From Candidatus Limnocylindrales bacterium (lineage in GTDB: Bacteria; Desulfobacterota; Binatia; UBA1149; CAITLU01): a stretch of DNA of 64,000 bases. The first letter of the stretch is position 1. The number at the start of each line of letters is the position of its first letter. Made by a program: the position numbers and the translations under genes. The notes under the pieces were generated by a model that was not told the origin of the DNA, made no database searches, and worked only from the letters and a program-made list of their open reading frames with translations. The stretch spans positions 106,687-170,686 of the forward strand of contig DATNBU010000017.1 of NCBI GenBank assembly GCA_035571835.1, given 5' to 3'. Below, piece after piece: positions 56,308-64,000 of the stretch.

Positions 56308-56933
56308 TGCGCCCCGGCGCGCGCCGATTCGATTTCGAGCTGGAGATCGGCCCACGCCGCCTGGACTTCGCCTTCGAGGTCGAGCAGATCCCCGTTGTTC
56401 TCGATTACGCGGGTCGCGCCGCGACGGCGCTTTTCGTTGTCGGCCTGCGCGGCCATGCGGCGGGCGATTTCCCCGGGTTCCATGCCGCGAAGCTGAACCA
56501 GGCGCTGGATGACGACGTCCGGATCGGCGATCACGGTCCAGAGGCGGCCGGCGCCGCCGCTCCAGCCGGTTTCGGTCATCAGCGCCGCTTCGATCACGAC
56601 CACCGAGTCCGGATCCTCGTCGACAATCTGGGCAATCCGCGACGCGACTTCGGCGCGCACCAGCGGATGGACGATGCGGTTGAGATCGGCGAGCGCTTCC
56701 GGATCGCGAAACACCATGGCCCCGAGGCGTGCGCGGTCGATCGCCCCGTCCTCGCCGACGACGTCGTCGCCGAAGCGCTCGACGATGCTGTCGAAGCCGG
56801 CCGTTCCCGGCGCATAGACCTCGTGCGCGACACGGTCGGCATCGATCACATGCGCGCCGCGTTCCGCGAGAAGCTCGGCCACGGTGGACTTGCCCGAACC
56901 GATCCCACCGGTGAGCCCGACGATGATTGCCAT
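56304..56933 (-). CDS. coaE: Dephospho-CoA kinase
   Basis: IVGLTGGIGSGKST P-loop. Typical length (209 aa). Confidence 0.9.
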   Translation of the reverse strand: MAIIVGLTGGIGSGKSTVAELLAERGAHVIDADRVAHEVYAPGTAGFDSIVERFGDDVVGEDGAIDRARLGAMVFRDPEALADLNRIVHPLVRAEVASRIAQIVDEDPDSVVVIEAALMTETGWSGGAGRLWTVIADPDVVIQRLVQLRGMEPGEIARRMAAQADNEKRRRGATRVIENNGDLLDLEGEVQAAWADLQLEIESARAGAQ

Positions 56934-57080
56934 CGGAAGATAGTAGCAGTCCGCAGCGAAAGGCCCACCGCCAGAGCGCGAGGCGCGCGGAGTGCTTCAC
57001 TCGAGCGGCAGGAGCGCGCAGCGCTCCGTTAGAGATGGAACCTCGCGACCGGCATCCTTCGCGCCTCTGCTGGAGCTTCG

Positions 57081-58532
57081 TTGAAATCCCGAGACCGCGA
57101 CCTCGTCGGCGCCGGCGCGATTTTCGTTGCCGCGATGGCCTATTTCGCGTCGTTCGCGCCATGGACGCGCCCCGTGCTGCTGGACGCCGCGACGTGGGAC
57201 TACATGGCGCTGGAGACAGCGCGCGGGCTGGTTCCGTACCGCGACGTCTTTCTCCACAAGACTCCGGGTGCAGCGCTTCTCGGCGCCGTGGCAGCACGGA
57301 TCGGCATGGCTACGGCGATCGAGCCGGTGCTCGCGGTGCACGCGCTGTCGCTCGTTTTCGGTGCGCTGGCGGCGGTGCTGCTGTTCGCGCTGTGCCGCAC
57401 CCGCCTGCCTCTGGGCGTCTCACTCGCCGCAGCGGTCGGCCTCTTCGCTTACGACGAATGGGTGGTCTCGGCGCTCGAAGGCTGCAGCCCGAAGGTTGCA
57501 ACCGTGATGTTCGGGCTTGCCTCGATGCTCGCCGCCGAGCGCGGCGCGGCATTCTCCTCGTCGGTGCTCGGCGGATGTTCGGTGCTGTGCTGGCAACCAG
57601 GGCTCGCGTTCCTGCTCGGGTCGTGGGCAGCAATCCTGCGCCGCGGTGAACGCCGCCCGCTCGGGCTGCTGGCGATCGCCGCAGCATCGCTGATCCCGTC
57701 GATCGCACTGCTGTCGTGGTTCGCCGCCCACGGAGCGCTGCGCGATTTCTTCGACCAGGCCGTGCTGTTCAACCTGCAATACATCGATACGAAGGCGCGC
57801 ACGCCGCTCGGGACGCTGCGTGCGCTGACGCGCACCATCGGCGAATGGAACGACATCGAGACGCTGCTCGCGCCGGCCGCCATTGCCGGGCTCGTTCTCG
57901 GCCGCCGGCTGGCGCCCGGCGGATCGCACGTGCGGCTTCCGGTATCTCTCGTCGTCTACGGTCTCATCTACGGCGGCATGACGTTCGTCAGCTACCAGTC
58001 GTGGCCGGATGCGATTCTGCTGGGCCCGATCGTCGCGGCATTGCTTGCGACCGGGCTCTGGTCGCTTCTTCGCCTACGCCTGTCGGATTTCGCGGCAGCG
58101 GCGGCGGTCGTCGCGGTGCTGGCGCTGGCCGCGATCCCGGGTGCACGCCCGAGGTTTCATCCACCGGTCGATTTTTCCGAGCAGCGCGAGCGCTTCGCGC
58201 AGCTGGCAGCCGGGCTGTCTCCGTCGGACCGGGTAATCTCCGTCAGCGTGCCGGAGTTCCTGATTCACACGGGGTTGCGCAACGGCTGGAAGTGGCCGTA
58301 CCTGTGGTTCGGCGTCGACAGCTTCGCGGCCGACCACACCGACGGCGGATTCGACGGAATCCTCGGTGATCTCGATCGCAGCCCTCCGGCGCTGATGCTC
58401 GTCGGACGGCTGTGGGCGGGACCCGAGCGCGCGCGTTTCGAGCAATGGGCCGCCGGTCGCTACGAGATCCGCAGCGTGCGGATCTTCCCGCACGTCAAAC
58501 GGCCGCTTCGGATGTACCGGCTCAAAGGCTGA
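57081..58532 (+). CDS. Polytopic membrane protein, possible GT87/DUF2029-like glycosyltransferase
   Basis: 10 or more predicted transmembrane helices with conserved acidic/aromatic loop residues. The family assignment is tentative. Confidence 0.45.
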   Translation: MKSRDRDLVGAGAIFVAAMAYFASFAPWTRPVLLDAATWDYMALETARGLVPYRDVFLHKTPGAALLGAVAARIGMATAIEPVLAVHALSLVFGALAAVLLFALCRTRLPLGVSLAAAVGLFAYDEWVVSALEGCSPKVATVMFGLASMLAAERGAAFSSSVLGGCSVLCWQPGLAFLLGSWAAILRRGERRPLGLLAIAAASLIPSIALLSWFAAHGALRDFFDQAVLFNLQYIDTKARTPLGTLRALTRTIGEWNDIETLLAPAAIAGLVLGRRLAPGGSHVRLPVSLVVYGLIYGGMTFVSYQSWPDAILLGPIVAALLATGLWSLLRLRLSDFAAAAAVVAVLALAAIPGARPRFHPPVDFSEQRERFAQLAAGLSPSDRVISVSVPEFLIHTGLRNGWKWPYLWFGVDSFAADHTDGGFDGILGDLDRSPPALMLVGRLWAGPERARFEQWAAGRYEIRSVRIFPHVKRPLRMYRLKG

Positions 58533-58570
58533 GGGGCGTCGGCGCGCGGGCCCTGGCACCGCTCAGTCTT

Positions 58571-59353
58571 TCAGAAGTTGTCCTTGAGCCGCCGCGTGGC
58601 GGCGAAGATCGACTCGGCGTCGGTGCCGGCGCCGGACTCGCGCGCGCGCACGGACGCCGCGAGCTCCGGGCTCGACCAGCGCAGAAAGGGATTGGTCTGC
58701 TTCTCGAGCGCGATCGTCGTCGGAACCGTCGGCTTGCCGGCGCGCAGCAGATCGGCAACTTCTTCGCGGCGCCGCGCGAGCGCTCGGTTCGACGGCTCGA
58801 GCATTGCCGCAAACTCGAGGTTCCTCGCCGTGTACTCGTGACCGCAGTACACGCGCGTGTCGTCGGGCAGGCCGGCGAGCTTCGTCAGCGACGACATCAT
58901 CTGGCGGGCGTCGCCTTCGAACAGCCGCCCGCATCCGCCGGCGAACAGCGTGTCGCCGGTGAACACGACGCGCTCCGCCGGGAAATGGTACGCAAGATGC
59001 CCGCGCGTGTGGGCCGGAATGAAGATCGCACGTGCAGCGAGCGAACCGACGGCGAGCTCTTCCCCGTCGGCCAGGCCGCGCGTGATGCCGGGAATGCGTG
59101 CGCGGTCTTCGGCGAAGCCGTAGACCTCGACGCTGCCGGCCGGCAGCCTGGCGAGCAGGTCGTCGTTACCGCCGACATGATCGAAATGATGGTGCGTCGA
59201 GAGAATCGCGACGATCGTGACGCCTTCGCGGTCGGCCGCGGAAATGACCGGGCCTGCTTCGGCGACGTCGACGACGCCGCAGACGCGCGCAGACTCGTCG
59301 ATGACGAGGTACGCGTAGTTGTCGGCAAGCTGCGCGACCGGGACGACGCGCAC
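58571..59353 (-). CDS. gloB: Hydroxyacylglutathione hydrolase (glyoxalase II)
   Basis: THHHFDHVGG metal-binding motif; overall GloB collinearity. Confidence 0.85.
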   Translation of the reverse strand: MRVVPVAQLADNYAYLVIDESARVCGVVDVAEAGPVISAADREGVTIVAILSTHHHFDHVGGNDDLLARLPAGSVEVYGFAEDRARIPGITRGLADGEELAVGSLAARAIFIPAHTRGHLAYHFPAERVVFTGDTLFAGGCGRLFEGDARQMMSSLTKLAGLPDDTRVYCGHEYTARNLEFAAMLEPSNRALARRREEVADLLRAGKPTVPTTIALEKQTNPFLRWSSPELAASVRARESGAGTDAESIFAATRRLKDNF

Positions 59354-59357
59354 CGGG

Positions 59358-60113
59358 CTATTCCTGTCCAGCCGGCTTCGCCGGTTGTCCAGCCGGCTTC
59401 GTCGCTTCTCCGGCTGGCGTCGCGGGCTGACCGGCTGGCGCGGGTTGCGATGCTGCGGGAGCCGGCTTCGTTGCCGCCGCGGCTGCGCCCTTTGCCGGTT
59501 TTTCCGCCTGCAGCTCGCCCTCGAGCATCTCGCTCGTCACGCTGTCCTGTCCGCCGCCGCCGGTCGGTGCGGCCTCGTCGTCATCATCCGGCATCCGCGC
59601 GGGCGGGTAGTAACTGATGGATGCTTCCTTGGTGCGAATGACTTCGCCGGTTTCGGGATCGATGTCCTCGGTCGTCTGCTTGTAGCGCTTGATGCTGTCG
59701 TCGTTGACGTTGTGTTCGCGCGCGACCAGCTTTTCGTCGCGATAGCTCTCGGCGTATTCCTGCCAGAACAGGCCGTCGCGCATGACGCCGCGGTGAACGG
59801 CCAGCAGCTTGCCGTTGCCCCAGACGCGGTATTCGAGCTGATTGCCGTCGAGCTTGACGCCGAAGATCATCCCGCGGCTCGGCGGCTGCTCGACCTCGCC
59901 GTTGAACTTCGCGATGCGGAAATGCCCGTACGGATCGCGCTTCAGCGAAGGTCCGCCGATGTAGTATTTGAAGCCGGGCAGGATCGGGATTTTTGCGACG
60001 GTGGCCGTGCTTCCGGTCGCGCCGGTGCCGGGAGCCGACGTTTCCTCTTTGGAACATCCGAGCAGCGCGGCGGCGAGAACGGCCGGCAGTAGAATCGCAA
60101 ATCGCTTCTTCAT
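59358..60113 (-). CDS. Lipoprotein with Pro/Ala/Gly/Gln-rich repetitive C-terminal tail
   Basis: Lipobox LLGCS. The tail KPAGQPAKPAGQE is encoded by short tandem DNA repeats (CCAGCCGGCTTCG units near 59360-59460). Confidence 0.55.
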   Translation of the reverse strand: MKKRFAILLPAVLAAALLGCSKEETSAPGTGATGSTATVAKIPILPGFKYYIGGPSLKRDPYGHFRIAKFNGEVEQPPSRGMIFGVKLDGNQLEYRVWGNGKLLAVHRGVMRDGLFWQEYAESYRDEKLVAREHNVNDDSIKRYKQTTEDIDPETGEVIRTKEASISYYPPARMPDDDDEAAPTGGGGQDSVTSEMLEGELQAEKPAKGAAAAATKPAPAASQPAPAGQPATPAGEATKPAGQPAKPAGQE

Positions 60114-60182
60114 GCTTTTTTCCTTCCTGGGATTCGAGGCTCGACCGTCGAGCGGGCGGATGCCGGAAGCGTCAAACGTGTT

Positions 60183-60848
60183 TCACGCCGGGCGAACCTT
60201 CGGCTCCAGGCTCGGAAGTCCTTCGAGAATTTTCTGGGCTCCGGTGGTCGGCTTGACGACACGCGACGGCACGCGGCGTGCCCCCGAAGGCTTGACGCCC
60301 TCGCCGGTGTCCGCATCGCCGGCAGGAACGAGGCCCACTTCCGCGGCAAGCCGTTCCTCGAGCTCATCGATGCGCTTGCGCAGCCGTTCGACGTCTTCGA
60401 GCACGCGTGCTCGCTGCTGCTGAGTACCCTCGATGGAGCCGGCGCTTTCGGCGAGCGCGTCGAGGCGTTGCTGCGTACGCGCCTGCAGGTCGGCGAGCGT
60501 TGCCGTCGTTGCGCCGAGCGCCTCGACAGCCATGACCAGCTCCTCGAGTCTTGCGGCCGAAGCCGCCTGCTCGCGACGGACGCGAGCATCGCTGGTCAGC
60601 AGCGCCCGCACGTCGCGTGCGAGGGCGTCGACCGCGGCGGCGTCCGCTATGCCGAGCGCAGCGGCCAGCGGCCGGACTGCCTCGGACGACAGGCTTCCGA
60701 GCGTGTCGAGCACCCGGCCGATCGCATCCGAGTCGAGACCGAAGCGATCGAGCACGAGCCCTGCCTCGCGTTCGAACATCGCGATCGCGTCGAGCAGGCT
60801 GCGAAGGTTTTTATCGAAAGATGAACGACCCGAATCGTGCTGGCTCAT
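60183..60848 (-). CDS. Hypothetical coiled-coil protein
   Basis: Heptad-rich, Ala/Leu/Arg/Glu-biased 221-aa ORF. No family recognised. Confidence 0.45.
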   Translation of the reverse strand: MSQHDSGRSSFDKNLRSLLDAIAMFEREAGLVLDRFGLDSDAIGRVLDTLGSLSSEAVRPLAAALGIADAAAVDALARDVRALLTSDARVRREQAASAARLEELVMAVEALGATTATLADLQARTQQRLDALAESAGSIEGTQQQRARVLEDVERLRKRIDELEERLAAEVGLVPAGDADTGEGVKPSGARRVPSRVVKPTTGAQKILEGLPSLEPKVRPA

Positions 60849-60965
60849 GCTGCCCTGTCCCCGCTTCGCCGCCGTCGCGACGGAAATCGGAAGGCGGCAC
60901 TATCGGCCTTGCGACGCTTCGCCGCAAGCTTCATCTGCGGCGCGAACGCGCCGCAGCGCGATGCG

Positions 60966-61703
60966 CTATCGGATCGCGAAAGTCGCGGTCACGTCGGCCC
61001 CTATTTCGAGACTGCCGGGAGCGACCTCGGTCTGCACCGCAGCCGATTCCATCGCCATCGCCTGTCTTGCGAACACAGGCACCGGAGTGACGCTCATCGC
61101 ACTCGAGGCCTCGATCACGTCTCCCAAGCCGACATCGAGGCTCTGTGCAATCGTTGCGGCTTCCGCGCGGGCCCTGCGACCGGCTTCGAGCAGCGCCTGG
61201 TTTCGCGCCGACTGCTCATCGGCGAGAAAAAATCCGATCGAGTCGATCTGGTTCGCTCCGGATGCAATCGCCGCGTCGATCAGCGCGCCGACGCCGGCGA
61301 GATCCGCGCTGACGATCGCGAAGCGGTTGATCGCGGTATAGCCGGCCAGCTTCGGTGCGCGGACAACCGTGCCGTCGTTCTGTCCGTAGTCGTAGACCGG
61401 CGTCAGATCGTAGCCGGCGGTCGAGACTTCTCCCGGCGGCTGCACGGCTGCGCGCAGCTTCGCGAGCACTTCCTTGCTGACGCGGGCATTGGTTTCGGAG
61501 GCCTCACGGGCGGTGCCGGCCCGTGTCGTTACCGAAACGGCGACGCGCGCGCGATCCGGCTGGGTCTTGACCGAGCCGTGCCCGCTGGCGTGGATCGTCC
61601 GCTGCTGCGGCGAGGTCTCGGCGCTGGCGGAAAGCGCGCCCGCGAAAATGATTGCGGTGATCAGCACACGCGCAGCGCGCAGCGGCGAATAGAGCGAGTT
61701 CAT
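60966..61703 (-). CDS. SIMPL-domain (DUF541/YggE-like) periplasmic protein
   Basis: Signal peptide, conserved N-terminal strand (IHASGHGSVK) and C-terminal strand (EIGADVTATFAI) of the SIMPL family. Confidence 0.75.
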   Translation of the reverse strand: MNSLYSPLRAARVLITAIIFAGALSASAETSPQQRTIHASGHGSVKTQPDRARVAVSVTTRAGTAREASETNARVSKEVLAKLRAAVQPPGEVSTAGYDLTPVYDYGQNDGTVVRAPKLAGYTAINRFAIVSADLAGVGALIDAAIASGANQIDSIGFFLADEQSARNQALLEAGRRARAEAATIAQSLDVGLGDVIEASSAMSVTPVPVFARQAMAMESAAVQTEVAPGSLEIGADVTATFAIR

Positions 61704-62398
61704 TCGGATTCCTCCGTTTTGCGTGCTGCCGGTCCGGGCTCGCCCCGTTCAGCGGACGCTGCGCTCGACCGGTCATCCGCAACGAGCCGAGAGGCGGCTG
61801 TCGCAGCAATCCGCCGCGAAGCGGCCATGACGTAAATCTCCGACGAGCCCTTGCGTGTCGACGGTGGCCGCCATGCGGTCACGCGTGAAAATGATTCGCG
61901 CAGCTTTCTGGTCATCGCGACTTCGACGTCCGAGAAAAGTTTGACGAGCAGACGCCCGTGCGGCGTGAGCACGCGGTGCGCGAACGCAATGGCGACTTCG
62001 ACGAGCGCTTCTTCACGAGCCTGGTCGGTGGCGCGGATGCCCGTGAGCTTCGGCGAAAGATCCGACAGCACGACATCGATGGGGCCGCCGGCGGCCGCAA
62101 TCACGCTGGCCTGGATCTCGGGATCGCACGCGTCACCGACGATCGTCGTGACGTTGGCGCGGGCAAGCGGCTCGGTGCGAACCAGGTCGACACCGACGAC
62201 CGTTCCCGTCGGGCCGACGCGCTGCGCGGCAACCTGCAGCCACGCGCCCGGCCAGCAGCCGAGATCGACGACACGATTTCCCGGTGCGAGCAGGCGGAAA
62301 CGCTGATCGAGATCCTCGAGCTTGATGCCGGCGCGCGAACGAAGCCCGGCCTTCTTCGCTGTCCGGTACGTCGCGTCCTTGCGTTCGTATGCGCTCAT
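61700..62398 (-). CDS. rlmE: 23S rRNA (uridine-2'-O)-methyltransferase RlmE/FtsJ
   Basis: VVDLGCWPGAWLQ SAM-binding motif and VVLSDLSP with catalytic K. Trimmed to MSAYERKD. Confidence 0.85.
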   Translation of the reverse strand: MSAYERKDATYRTAKKAGLRSRAGIKLEDLDQRFRLLAPGNRVVDLGCWPGAWLQVAAQRVGPTGTVVGVDLVRTEPLARANVTTIVGDACDPEIQASVIAAAGGPIDVVLSDLSPKLTGIRATDQAREEALVEVAIAFAHRVLTPHGRLLVKLFSDVEVAMTRKLRESFSRVTAWRPPSTRKGSSEIYVMAASRRIAATAASRLVADDRSSAASAERGEPGPAARKTEESE

Positions 62399-62462
62399 CG
62401 GCGTTTCGCGCGCCGGGCGGTTGCCCGACCCGAAGTGCTGGGGCACCATCCCAGTTTCCCCG

Positions 62463-64000
62463 ATGACTCTCAACGCAAGTCAGCTCGAAGCGGTCCAGCA
62501 TCACGAAGGACCGCTTCTCGTCCTCGCCGGCGCGGGCAGCGGCAAGACACGCGTGCTGGTGCATCGCATCGCACGTCTTCTCGAAAGCGGTCTTGCGTAC
62601 CCGAACGAGATACTCGCCGTCACGTTCACCAACAAGGCGGCGCGCGAGCTCGTCGAGCGCTGTCGCGCGATGGTCGGACGCGCGGCCGACGAGCTGTGGG
62701 TCGGCACGTTTCACGGCATCGGCGCGCGGCTTCTTCGCCGCCATGGCGGGCTGCTCGGATATCCGTCGTCGTTCTCGATTCTCGACACCGACGACCAGGT
62801 CCGGCTTTTGAAGGACGTGATCATCTCTTCCGGTTTCGCCGAGGACCGCGTGCGGCCGGAGTATCTCCGCAGCTTCATCGATGCGGCCAAGAACGACGCA
62901 CGCAACCCGTCGGATGCAATGGCGGCGGCCGAAACGGCGGCGGAAGTCGATGCGGCAAGCCTGTACGCGAGCTACCAGCAGAGGCTCGCGACGATGGGCG
63001 CCGTCGACTTCGGCGATCTCATCACCGGCATCCTGCGCCTGTTCCAGTCCCATCCGGAAGTTCTCGAGCGCTACCAGAGGTCGATCCGCTTCCTGCACAT
63101 CGACGAGTACCAGGACACCAACCGCGCCCAGTACCTGATGGTCGGCATGCTTGCCGCGCATCACCGCAACCTGTGCGTGGTCGGGGACGACGACCAGTCG
63201 ATCTATGCATGGCGCGGCGCCGACCCGCGAAACATCCTCGAGTTCGAGCGCGATTTTCCCGGCGCGAAGGTCATCCGGCTCGAGCAGAACTACCGGTCGA
63301 CCCGCAACATCATCGACGCCGCGGCCGCGGTGATCGCAAAGAACGAGAGCCGTCATTCGAAGACGATGTGGACCGACGCCGAGCCGGGCGCGAAGATCAC
63401 CGTCTACCACGCCAGCGACGAACGCGACGAAGCGCGCTACGTTGCGGCCGACCTGATGTCGCTCGGTGCGGCGCGCGGCCGCGCGGCGGTATTCTACCGC
63501 ACCAACGCGCAGTCGCGCGCGATCGAGGAAGAGCTCGTGCGCGCGCGCATGCCGTACGTGATCGTCGGCGGCACGCGTTTCTATGAACGCCGGGAGGTGC
63601 GCGACCTGATCGCGTACCTGCGTTTCGCGAACAACCCGGCCGACGACCTGAGCCTCGAACGCATCATCAACGTCCCGGCCCGCGGCATTGGCCGGACCAC
63701 CTGGGAACGCCTTCTCGATTGTGCCGCGCGCGCACCGCGCGACCCGCGGGAGCCGACCAGGGGAACGTCGGTATGGCAAGCGATTGCCGACGACAGCTTC
63801 GCGGTGACCCTGGGCGGCGCGGCCCGCTCGCGCCTGGTGCAGTTCCGCACGGCGGCGCACGGCTGGCTGGAAGGCGTCTTCGATGGTGTTGCGCCGCTTC
63901 TGCTGCGGATTCTCGACGATACCGGCTACCTCGCGTACCTCGAAGGCCGGCCCGACGACGATCCGACCGGACGCATCGAAAACGTCAAGGAGCTCGTCAG
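62463..64000 (+). CDS. UvrD/PcrA/Rep-family DNA helicase (3' end outside window)
   Basis: Not in the ORF track because no stop occurs before the window end. MTLNASQLEAVQHHEGPLLVLAGAGSGKTRVL (motif I), VDEYQDTN (motif II) and YRS region read in frame. The frame was cross-checked against the rlmE minus ORF. Confidence 0.85.
   Translation, partial: MTLNASQLEAVQHHEGPLLVLAGAGSGKTRVLVHRIARLLESGLAYPNEILAVTFTNKAARELVERCRAMVGRAADELWVGTFHGIGARLLRRHGGLLGYPSSFSILDTDDQVRLLKDVIISSGFAEDRVRPEYLRSFIDAAKNDARNPSDAMAAAETAAEVDAASLYASYQQRLATMGAVDFGDLITGILRLFQSHPEVLERYQRSIRFLHIDEYQDTNRAQYLMVGMLAAHHRNLCVVGDDDQSIYAWRGADPRNILEFERDFPGAKVIRLEQNYRSTRNIIDAAAAVIAKNESRHSKTMWTDAEPGAKITVYHASDERDEARYVAADLMSLGAARGRAAVFYRTNAQSRAIEEELVRARMPYVIVGGTRFYERREVRDLIAYLRFANNPADDLSLERIINVPARGIGRTTWERLLDCAARAPRDPREPTRGTSVWQAIADDSFAVTLGGAARSRLVQFRTAAHGWLEGVFDGVAPLLLRILDDTGYLAYLEGRPDDDPTGRIENVKELV

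Noticed and set aside
61958-63586. 542-aa plus-strand ORF listed in the track over the helicase region
   Set aside because: Wrong frame. The true UvrD-like frame (Walker A GAGSGKTRVL, VDEYQDTN) starts at 62463 and is absent from the track only because it has no stop before the window end.

Overview
This is a high-GC (about 70%) bacterial chromosomal segment, mostly one gene-dense coding region with many overlapping alternative-frame ORFs that are GC artefacts. A Myxococcus-type cysteine-rich repeat protein suggests a deltaproteobacterial/Myxococcota-like host, but that is inference.

The first ~22 kb is a type II-PKS-like aryl-polyene / flexirubin / xanthomonadin-type pigment gene cluster. 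It contains:
- an MMPL exporter (5' partial), a LolA-like protein and a 4HBT thioesterase;
- an MIO-type aromatic amino acid ammonia-lyase;
- PlsC-like and LpxL-like acyltransferases, two ACPs, an AMP-ligase fused to a hotdog dehydratase, and a GT2 glycosyltransferase;
- a FabA-like dehydratase, FabG, a flavin-dependent halogenase with the WxWxIP motif, and KS + CLF + MipA/OmpV.

Two things break this cluster:
- A sharply lower-GC ~3.1 kb insertion (1897-5017) sits exactly between the convergent exporter and LolA-like genes. It carries a stand-alone RelA/SpoT-domain nucleotidyltransferase (toxSAS-like), a small basic ORF and a 531-aa protein with no recognisable family. I consider this the most likely undescribed system in the window, a candidate toxin/immunity or anti-phage module.
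- A small stress module (88-aa hyper-acidic protein, DUF1328 membrane peptide, multi-BON OsmY-like protein) interrupts the cluster.

A perfectly palindromic 50-bp element occurs twice: once inserted in-frame inside the FabA-like dehydratase gene, and once between convergent genes at ~40.3 kb.

Downstream are:
- a ~966-aa secreted protein with about 12 near-identical 55-aa cysteine-rich repeats and a C-terminal dockerin;
- repair genes (MutS2, an Smr protein, a DnaQ-exonuclease/GIY-YIG fusion, a UvrD-like helicase);
- an NfeD-SPFH pair and a lone TadG-like gene;
- MgtE, a ClC channel, an FprA-like reductase and lipid/CoA genes (fatty-acid CoA ligase, CoaE, a CDP-alcohol transferase);
- Ddl, a LysR regulator, GloB and RlmE.

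No rRNA, tRNA, CRISPR array, transposase or integrase was found. Coordinates obtained by reading the text rather than by ORF-track arithmetic may be off by 1-2 nt.
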